From: Phoronis australis
Taxonomy: Eukaryota; Animalia; Phoronida
Reading direction: 5' to 3'
Length of the DNA stretch: 64,000 bases
Assembly: GCA_002633005.1 (NCBI GenBank)
Contig: NMRA01000740.1
Coordinates: 99,673 to 163,672, forward strand
The notes under the pieces are model-generated. The model was not told the origin of the DNA and made no database searches. It saw nothing but the letters and a program-made list of their open reading frames with translations. Made by a program: the position numbers and the translations under genes. Shown here piece by piece: positions 55,101 through 64,000 of this stretch; positions within the stretch are counted from its first letter, which is position 1, and every line of letters starts with the position of its first letter.

Positions 55101-56590
55101 CTTATACGCAGCTGCTGGGCAGTGGGGTTGGTTTTCTTCCAACGCAAATTGCTTTGGTTTAAATGATCTGGTTAATGACCCATCTGATCTTGTTTTGGTT
55201 GCCCATTCATTGAACTCGATGTATTCTCCTTCCGTTGAACTGTGCAATGTGATATCGCCCCACTGGAGATTTCTATTCTCATCGTTTCCACAAAATCCTA
55301 ACAGGAGAGTTTTATTCAACCACACCAAGTTGAGTAAAGCAGTTGGACTGTGCAGTCCAATTACTCCCCTGGCCCATAGAATTTCCTGATCATTGACAGT
55401 AAGCTCCTCTGCTTTATAACTTTTGTTGCCCTTTCCTTGAGCTTTCAGGTCTTTTCGCTTTGCTTGCAGCACTGCTCTTGATCCACTAAACACTTGATCA
55501 CTTAAAATCGAAAACTTGGAATCATTTTCTCGCAGAAAACGATCAATAGGTCTGTGAAAACTTAAAAGAGTGTCTGGCTCATACTTCGATCTGTCTCTCT
55601 TTTTTACTTCAAGAAAGAAACAGCTCAAATAAGCATCCAGCTCTTCTTTTGATAGCTCAAGGATGTGTCTCTTCTCAGCTTGTCTTGTCGCTGCCAGCCA
55701 GGTGTTGAATGTTTCCACGTCGTATTTTGTTTTTCTTACGGTGTTTGAATTTTTCTTCGATTCGACAAAGTCCTTAACGTCTCTAGCGTTAAACTTTTCA
55801 CGGTATCTGTCATTTTCTTCAAATTTGAGTTCATTGATTTCCAATTTAAATGTCGGTAGCTTGTCATCTGGAATCCTAGACATATTGTAACCAGGTAACC
55901 TACTGTACTATAGCAGACGATATTTTGACGATAGACGCTTAGCATAAAATGTGTAGTAAGCTAGTCAGTTTGTTTAAAACTTGTTTTATAGGTTCACCTT
56001 ATTTCTATTTTGTTTAAATTTTCAGTTGGTTTTGAGTAAAAACATTGCTTTAGCAAGAAATGACTCGGCGTTTCTTAAGAGGTCATGACCTCCGACCCCT
56101 TGTCTCTGACATGGAAAGCAATTCCATAGCCGAGGCGAGTCGAGAAAGGTAGATCGATTCATTGCAATGTTTGTCGTTTAGTATGTGGTATAAATAGATT
56201 ATTACATGTTCTCAGCCGTTATCCCCCTTATCTAGAGCCCTTGTGGGTTTTGGACAATAATTGTCCAAAATCCACAAGGGCTCTAGATAAGGGGATAATG
56301 ACTTCACCATGTAATAATCTATATTTATCTTTATCATTGCAGGGTAAGAAAGTGTTCTATGTAACGAACAACAACAGTAAAACTCAAGAAGAATGTCTCG
56401 TGAAATGTCTCCAGCTGGGATTTCCTGCTGAGAAGGTACATGTAACACCACCTGTAGGAAATGTCTATGAACGATTAACACTTTTAGTTCAAATAGAAAT
56501 AACCAAAACATAGTTTTTTCTCTTTTTAGAATTTATTCAAGAAAATACGCAATTACATTAAGAAATAACAAATATATGCTCACACACACG

Positions 56591-56627
<37 letters not shown>

Positions 56628-59600
56628 TCATGCTTCAAAATAATTGGTTAACTCGATTTAATTTTTTGCTATTGCTTTAAATATTTTTAGGGTTGTTGGT
56701 TTCAAATTTCTCAAAAGGAGACTATTTCTTAATTTGCAATATAGCTACAAAGCCAATATTTAAATGCTGGTATGTAGGTGGGTGTAATTTGGTCTTTAGA
56801 ACACTGATGAATAATATATTGAGACATAGTTAAAATACTATAGACCTCAATGTTATCCTTGCCTTAGTTTAAATTATGTTGTGCTTGTATTTTGATTATT
56901 AACCTCTGAACGTCATGTCACATATTAGAATATGTAGGTCCCAAGTGTGGATATTTAAGTTTTGTTAAACTGAAATGAATTTAAAGTTAAAATTCACCGC
57001 CTGTCGTGAAACATATTGGATAGCATATAAAATCACACATGAAAGATGACGCTCAAAAATCGAATCTGAACTGGGCGGAAGAAATTAACATTACTCATAG
57101 GTCTTGTAAACTGACCCATCAATTTGAGTTTGTGTGCGTGAATTGACCTATCGGCATGCTTTTCTATAAAGTTATCCATGGCTCAAGTATTAGGGCTGCA
57201 TAAACTGTGTTTTGCGTCTCCAAGGCTGTGCTTAGTGGTTGGTAGGTTGTGTTTGGCAGCCAGTGAACTGTGTTTGGTTGCTGGTGAACCATGCTTGTTG
57301 ACGAACCATGCTTGTTGACGAACCGTGCTTGTTGGCGAACCGTGCTTGTTGGTGAACCGTGCTTGTTGGTGAACCGTGCTTGTTGGTGAACCGTGCTTTT
57401 TATGACCGTAAGCAGTGATCATGAGTACAACAGCGGTGCTGTTCGGGTAGCAAGACTAAAACATGAAAGACTTTTATTCAAAGCGATTTTGTTGTTTTTC
57501 AGGAGGACGTCATCTGTGCTTCCTATGTTTTGGCTGCCTATCTGAAGAATGTGCTCAACTTCACTGGCAAAGTCTATTTGATTGGCAGTATGGGTGTGGC
57601 CAAAGAGTTTGAAAATCATGGAATTGATTATACTGGTGTTGGGGTAAGACTGCAGGTTTCATTCTGATGACTTGCTGGTAATAGCCCCTTACAGTTAATA
57701 GTCACTTGCTGTAGTCTCAGATTTTGAGAACGACTGAGTGGGCATCAAACTGTTCTCAAAATCAGGAATCCTTCTATGTGACTATTGCTGACTCATGAAG
57801 ACCTTGGTTTATATTTTGGCTTCAGAAACAGACAACAAAAATGTTTTAAAGTACTTTTGTGTTTTTCAAAGTAAAAAATCCTATAAACATGTGGGTGATA
57901 TCAGCCAACATCATGTTATTCAATGTTCATATATGTGCAATTTGATGCTCGTTATTCTGCATAACAGTAATAACAAATAATTATTAAACAGCAAATGTCT
58001 TCAACATATTTAATTCTTGTATGTGATGACACTTGAATTTCAATTTCAAAGGGAATGGATAAAAGTCTTATTTAAGCAACTGACCACTTTCATTAGCAAT
58101 AATCAAATTTCTTTCAAGTCAATAAATAAGTATAGACACTGATGTTGGCCAATAAACAGAAAAATCAGAAATCCCAACTGGGAATCAGTAATTGCACAGA
58201 TATTGGGTCCTCAGTAGGTCAGTGGTAAGATCATTAGACCAACAATCTAGAGACCTGTGGTTCAATTCCCAGTTGAGGTAGTTTCTGATTTTTCTGTGTT
58301 TATTTGATTGAAAACAAGTCGGGTGACTGTGTACCAGATATTGTTTGTTGTTATCTTTGGAGTACACATGGTGATGATAATCAAAGGAGGTTACTCTCAT
58401 TTTCACAATATTTATCTGTAGTCTCACAGTTGATTATATAATTGTCCGAAAAAGGCAAAACGCCACTCTTAGGATGGATGACACAACAGTTGGGTGCAAA
58501 CAGTAATTGCACAGATATCAGGTCCTCAGTAGCTCAGTGGTAAGAGCACTAGACAGGCTATCTAGAGACTTGCAGTTTGATTCCTAGTTGGGGATTCCTT
58601 ATTTTGCTGTGTTTATTTGATATTCTTGGCCAACATCATTGTCAGTATATTTACTATATCTAATCAACACATACTGGTAAATTGCTGATTATAATTGTCC
58701 AAATCTCATGTGAAAAAGAAGAAATGTGTCTCATGGGATGGATGACATAACAGTTGACTGCACTGATATCGGGTCCTCAGTAGTTCAGCGGTAAGAGCGC
58801 TAGACCAGCAATCTAGAGACCTGTGGTTTGATTCCTTGTTGTGGTTCCTGATTTTTCTGTTTTAATATTTGATATTCAAATTTCTTTGGTAACTTGTCAA
58901 TGAGTTTTTTGCTATTCATGAGAAGAATCTTAGGTTGCCACCCTCACAGGTCAAGGTTGGGCTATTCAACCGGTTTATGTACCTCGGAATCTGCAGGTAT
59001 TGATCAAAGACATCATGCTGCTATACTTAATGAGATGGCCTCAGGCTCCTGGTGTTATTGTTCTCTAGATTATCAGAGCCATCATAAACACAGTGGGGGC
59101 GACAATAGTGTTTTTGAAAGTTTTCATTTTGACAGTTTTTATTATTTAAATAGTTGGTGAAATGTACACGTGATTAGGTTTTTGAATTTTGAAAATGAGA
59201 CAAGAAATGTGACTTTTGCAGCCTAAAACGTTTGTATAATGTTGTCTGTTCCTCATTAATTCTCCCGGGTGTGCAAAATAATTGGGTCATTTACCATCAA
59301 GTAATAGTTGGATTTTAGGCAAGCCAAGTATCATTGTACTTTAACAATTCTTGGCATGTGTAAACGCATAAAGTAAATATATTTTAAAAATTCCTCGTGA
59401 CCACAGAATTTTTTATGTGACAAGAATAAGACCCAGTACCATGAAATATTACAATGGAGATTGCCATAACTTCCACAGACATGAATTGTTTTGCATGAAA
59501 ATTGGAAATTGTTTTCCTTATTCTGATAACTACAATTAACGTGTCGTTGATTTTACAGCCAAGTTCTCGCACCTAAAGGCTTCAAATAAAATCTCATTAA

Positions 59601-62055
59601 CTCGCTTTTATTAGCTAATATACTCAAGAAACAAAAGTTTCATGTAAAATTCATGTTAAAATTGCTGTCCAACAATCTCCATGAAATATATCGTAATTTT
59701 TTACCCAAAAAACCAAAATGAATCACATGATTACAAACAACACCGTGTCATTTTCTGTGCATAAAATATGTAAAAATATTCAAAATATTTGATTATTGGA
59801 TATGAAATTGGTCAATTACCTCAATTAAGACAATTCTTACTGGTACACTGGTACAGTGGTAGACTGTTCTATTTCAGCCAGATGTTGTTGGCGATGATGA
59901 AGGGTATGACGACTGGATGAATATAGAACTAGATCCACAGGTATGATATTTAACAAGCAACACAGGTTAGATTAAGGACCATAGCTTTTGTTCCTTTAAG
60001 TGTTGTTTTCAATGATTTTTAATTTGTAATTTAAAGCTTTTGAGTCACTCACTTTTTTAAATTTAGTGCAAAGTCTGTGTATGACCACATGCGATCATGT
60101 CATTGTATCTCATGTCAACAAAAACATCTACGAAAGTCTTGGGGATCATCCATGGGTTCTGATTTTTCCGTTTGACACTATATTTCTCAATAAAGTATAC
60201 TGTGTCTTCCGATGATACTGATTTTCCTCTGAATATAGATTATAGTAATTGACAGTTTTTGAACATTTTAAAAGTGTAGGTTGACCTTCAACCTCCCACC
60301 TCTTTGCATAATTTATTGGCCTTTGAAAATGTCTTGCATTATGGGCGATGCTTTAAAAGACTTGGAAGTTTTTGTGTGTTTCTGTTTTATTTAACAGTTG
60401 AGTGCTGGTTCTTCTCTAGGTAAACTGCGTGTGCATAGGATTTGACAAACACATCAGTTATCGAAAGATTCTAAAGGCTTCGTCCTACATAAGGATGAAG
60501 AGTTGTATGTTCCTGGCTACTAATGAAGATACCTCAGTGCCTCTGAGGGGGGATGTGCACATTGCTGGTGAGTGGAAACGTGAGATGAGTGTGATGTATG
60601 AATGATTTAGGTTACGTCATGTACTATTTTTAGAGATCACGTGTTATGTTATGTAGTCACGTGATGGTTTCACCATCAGTTTGTAGTTATACGTTCACTG
60701 CTTGTATTACCACGATCACGAATAGACGTATTTTATTATCACTAGAATAATTGTTGTTCCTTCCACTCTGGCTACCCAACGATAAACATAACAATGTGTA
60801 GATGATAGATCTTAGGCTTATCAATAACGGTTGTGATCGTGCACTGCCTGAAGAGTCACATAAGGTCTCTTAGTGAACACCCATGTGAGGTTTCTGTTTA
60901 CGCAACATTTTCCCGTGAACAGAGTTACGGTAAAAATCCTTTAAAAATTGTGTTTTCAGTCTACCGAGTGGGTAATTTTCTCTCTTCCAAATTGGAGAAT
61001 TTTTACTGCTCTAGTTCACGTGACATCTTTCGATTCGATTGAAATTGTTTCAAATCTTTGCTTCTTATTGAGTTTTGTGTTGTAAGAATGTGCGCATTTA
61101 CCTTCACAGGGTCTATGTGTTGTTCTGTATGATGTATTATGTTTTTGGATTATCTAACTTACCTGTAGCTATCCTTTGTGCCAGGTTACTCCTGTCGTCT
61201 TAGCTTTGTTACAGTAGGATTCTTTCAAAAGTACTAATTTTTACTTTGTTGTTTCCAGGAGCCGGCTCCATCGTAGCACCAGTGAAGGCAGCTACAGGTG
61301 TTCAACCAACAGTCGTAGGTAAACCTCATCAGCCAGTCTTTGATGTGGTACGGAAGTTGACAGGTGCTGACCCCAGTCGTACAGTCATGGTGGGAGACAG
61401 GTAGGCCCTCTGGAGGCAGCTATTGCAACTGATGATGTGTGTTTAGCAGATGTAGGCATTGCAGTAATTGTGTTTTATCAAGGGTACTCAGTAGCTGTGC
61501 AGGTGAGTATTGAATTGTCTCCATGAACTCCTGAATCATTTGCGCATCCCACTGAATCTTGGAAAAATTCATAATGTTTGGAAATGATTTACACTTATGA
61601 TAAGTGTTTTGTGAAAATTAGTTATTAATGATTATGCAAATGTGTTAGCGGTTCTTTTGTTTGATTTTGTTCATAAACATATAGCTCTGGCTTGTTAAAA
61701 GTACATTTTTATGATTCAGCGGTTTGTGCAGGTGATTCATGACCTTCTGCTTTTGGGTCACATGTGTATTATTTAATCACTTTCTGCTTAACGGATTTTA
61801 TTATTTATGCAAAATTGTGTCAGTGGTAAGGGATATACCGTAACTTTAAATAATAAAAAATTCTGGTCTTGTAGGTTGGACACAGATATTGCTTTGGGTC
61901 ATAACTGTGGCCTTCACTCAATCCTTGTCCTGACTGGCTGTCATTCCCTTCAAGATGTGGACGTCTGCTCAAAGAATGGTGGATCCATCAATGGACACTG
62001 TATACCAGAGTATTATATACCTTCATTTGGAGATTTAGGCCAGTTTATTGATTAA
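49125..62055 (+). CDS. PGP: Phosphoglycolate / glycerol-3-phosphate phosphatase (HAD subfamily IIA; PGP/chronophin-like), ~305 aa
   Basis: Exons 49125-49206, 52808-52875, 56343-56435, 57503-57643, 59878-59940, 60420-60567, 61259-61400, 61875-62055 total 918 nt. HAD motif I LLDCDGVLW, motif II VFYVTNN, FLATNED, motif III VVGKP, motif IV MVGDRLDTDI, LVLTG. Confidence 0.95.
49522..49668 (+). mobile_element. tRNA-related interspersed repeat (SINE-like), same family as 10435-10592
   Basis: TAGCTGAATGG A-box and GATTCGATTCCC B-box-like; aligns with the reverse complement of 10435-10592. Confidence 0.7.
49684..50030. mobile_element. MITE family C (hAT-like) with internal GGTCGCA..TGCGACC palindromic subterminal repeats
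   Basis: Ends CATGGCTCGA / TCGAGCCCTG; flanks CTTAC/ATTAC; repeated CAGGTCGCATTTGCGACCTG, AAGTCGCAAAATGCGACTT, AGGTCGCAAAATGCGACCT and ATGCGAGCTG. Confidence 0.8.
54235..54306 (-). ncRNA. tRNA-like (Pol III A-box/B-box) module inside the Crypton element
   Basis: Minus strand reads CAGCCGCTGAGTGGTGAAGTCGGCGACCAGCAACGCCCGAGGCCCGGGTTCGACTCCGGCCTCGG: A-box-like GCTGAGTGG, T-arm CCGG-GTTCGACT-CCGG. No proper acceptor stem. Confidence 0.5.
54577..55883 (-). pseudogene. Disrupted Crypton tyrosine recombinase (DUF3504 family, related to KCTD1/ZMYM/QRICH1)
   Basis: ORF 55883-54852 has NTVRKTKYDVETF, LDAYLSCFFLEVKK..YEPDTL, LKAQGKGNK, LQWGDI, TKTR, CPAAAYKKY, WFTLQPIGVNTL. A 1-nt frameshift in the T7 run at 54917-54923 continues as NHSVRKTTCSMLLKSGVPRTTVKQLSGHRNIQNLNNY (HxxR, H, Y). 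Premature TAA at 54777-54775; catalytic Arg position reads Cys (TGT). Confidence 0.88.
56581..56626. repeat. (CA)n microsatellite
   Basis: Visible CA run with two CG interruptions. Confidence 0.95.
57286..57398 (+). repeat. 17-bp minisatellite, ~6.5 copies
   Basis: GAACC(A/G)TGCTTGTTG(A/G)(C/T) units. Confidence 0.9.
58131..58875 (+). repeat. Tandem array of three tRNA-like units plus an inverted partial copy, in PGP intron 4
   Basis: Units at ~58205, ~58520 and ~58771 share GGTCCTCAGTAGCTCAGTGGTAAGAGCACTAGACCAGCAATCTAGAGACCTGTGGTTCAATTCCCAGTTG(A/G)GG and flanks. 58131-58186 is a reverse-complement copy of the unit tail. Confidence 0.8.
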
Positions 62056-62264
62056 CTATTGTTGGACAGATTACTCAACTGTATAGTATTAGTAGGAGAC
62101 TAGATATTCACCAGTTGATAGGTGTGATGGAAGGCTGTGCCTAATAACTGAATAGAGTGGGAACTGACTGAATGCTATTCAACAGCTTTGATATGTTGGT
62201 GATCTAATGCTCCCTTGTGACTACCTCACTGTTTGTGTTTACAGGCTTTTTCACTACTGTTTCA

Positions 62265-62281
62265 CTAGCGCCATCTAGTGA
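62265..62281 (-). promoter_or_regulatory. CTCF-like motif downstream of the PGP stop
   Basis: Reverse complement TCACTAGATGGCGCTAG matches the CTCF core; a similar CCACTAGATGGCA lies at ~31538. Motif match only. Confidence 0.35.
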
Positions 62282-63433
62282 CTTTGGAACTTCGCATTTA
62301 TCGTCGTTGTCATATGTCCTGGGATTTTGGAGGACTTTGTAATACAAAGTTGGACAGTTTCATCTTGCCAATGTATGTTATCGAAATTGATTGTCTTTCT
62401 TTTTATCTATATTTAAATTGTTACAGCACTTGCTAGCACCTGTACCTAGTGTTTAATGACAACAAACTATTCACGTTTGGCTGACAGCCATATATTGCTT
62501 TTGATTGATCAAGTGACACTCGGTCTTCCAATTCATTAGGTTCAAGCAGTCTTCAGTGCACAGTTAGACAGTTCTAACCTAAATGCACACCATGAAATAT
62601 TAGGTCCCCCAATTTATAGGGGATGGGGTGTTTTATTTTTTTGNTGTTTGGTGTGCCTTTATCATACAGTTTGGTTCAGGGCTTCCAATGTAATGTGGTC
62701 CTCTCTCTTTGTACATCAGAATACTCCTGCAACCTTGTCGCGGTTGTGCGAGGATATTGACTGTATTAGACATTTCATACTCAGTAAAAAGTGAGATTAC
62801 AAATTCAGGGTTCAGACATACAGATTATTTGACTGGTCGTCTAAATCTGATCACTAGACTCAGTAAACGCTGTGATTGGATACTTAATTGTATGGCCAGA
62901 ACCAGGCTTTTTAAACAGTATAGCCAGAGATCAGTCTACACCTGGGGTCTACTGTAACTCACTGCACTATTTGTGGGTCTGACAGACGTTTAGTGCTTAT
63001 ATCTCATAATTACTTGTTGAAAAAAGTCTTCGCTAATCATTTTTCAGCAGAACTAAGGCAAGTAAGGGAAACCCTAAGGTGTTTCTGTGTGCTTATTCTT
63101 TTTCGTTATTTTAGAAAACAATTGGCTCTCACTGATGTGACTGTTAGTGTCATGTATGGGACAAATCATGAAAGCTGTGATAATTGTTTTGTCCAACTTT
63201 GTGGCCCACCCTGTGGGTTAATCTGTCCGCTGACTACTGACCAAAGTAGTCAGTCTGTGCTTGTTTGTGTTACTTATTCATTTCACTGGTCCACGCTATG
63301 CAACAACACAGATAAGTAAAAAGTGCGTTTTGTTGTCAAAATTTCAAAGCCCCATGCAGCACTAGTTTTGAAAACCATCGTTTTGATGTGGAATCCTTTG
63401 TTTTTTTGTTTTTTTTATACTATGAGTTAGCAT

Positions 63434-63631
63434 CATGCGCGCACCCAGGGGAGGGCTCAAATGAGCCTCCATTTGGCGAAGTGGGCAAAAATGTCTGACC
63501 CTGAGAGACATAAAGTTCGAGAAAATGGGACAAAAGTCCACTAAAAAAGCGCTCCGTTTTTTTTTGTTAGCAAAAGGTCCACGACGTCAAGAATTCGAGC
63601 CCCCCCATATTGAAGGCCAGGTGCGCGCATG
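63434..63631. mobile_element. MITE family A, perfect 12-bp TIR, 5-bp TSD AGCAT
   Basis: CATGCGCGCACC ... GGTGCGCGCATG, flanked by AGCAT on both sides. Confidence 0.88.
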
Positions 63632-64000
63632 AGCATTCCCAATTACACATGGAAGTCTTTGATTGCTCCTATGGGATGATACTTTGCCCCTAATTTAATT
63701 TATTCCAATCTTTTAATTTTGCAAATTTGACTTGGTTTAATAAGCGTCATTAAACCATGTTTTTGACACCATTTTACATATCTCCATTATGTTCACATTT
63801 TCTTAATAATTAGCAAAGTCTGTGATAATTGATCAGCTTTATATGCTTTTTACACTTGAACAATGTCTATGGTTCTTATAATAGACAAATTAAGTGAAAC
63901 TGCCCTATAGTATAATATAATCTATTTGACTTATTTATTCACTTTAGGCAGTGTTCTGTTTTAGCACACATTTTCTTCATGGGTACTCCAGCTAGCTTTA

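Larger units (their letters stand above)
54147..56325 (-). mobile_element. Crypton-type tyrosine-recombinase DNA transposon in PGP intron 2, antisense to the host
   Basis: Inverted repeat TTTATACCACA (54147-54157) / TGTGGTATAAA (56184-56194), large hairpin 56194-56322, and an intronless DUF3504-like recombinase ORF. Boundaries are inferred from these structures. Confidence 0.8.

Noticed and set aside
54852-55883. Functional domesticated KCTD1/ZMYM/QRICH1-like gene
   Set aside because: Intronless, frameshifted, with a premature stop and transposon-like termini inside an intron.
57286-57398. CRISPR-like array (also considered for 25870-26290 and 58131-58875)
   Set aside because: Units are contiguous or degenerate with no regular unique spacers, there are no cas genes, and the context is eukaryotic.

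Overview
AT-rich, intron-rich animal DNA with GT-AG introns. It looks like an invertebrate, plausibly a mollusc or other lophotrochozoan, but the taxon is inferred. Five spliced genes can be assembled by hand with consistent reading frames: (1) the 3' part of eIF3m (+); (2) a cathepsin-L-like papain-family gene (-) whose catalytic Cys is replaced by Ser; (3) a KIAA0930 homolog (+), head-to-head with the cathepsin; (4) a ~599-aa bHLH + HMG-like gene (-) that aligns with vertebrate STRA8; (5) a HAD-IIA phosphoglycolate/glycerol-3-phosphate phosphatase (PGP, +). PGP intron 2 holds a decayed Crypton-type tyrosine-recombinase element with short terminal inverted repeats, a ~130-nt terminal hairpin, a perfect 22-bp palindrome and an internal tRNA-like module. 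Also present are several MITE families (three with CA..TG ends and apparent 5-bp target duplications), tRNA-derived repeats including a tandem array, simple repeats, an N gap, and a probably artefactual duplication of one KIAA0930 exon. All homology calls come from recalled motifs, not database searches.
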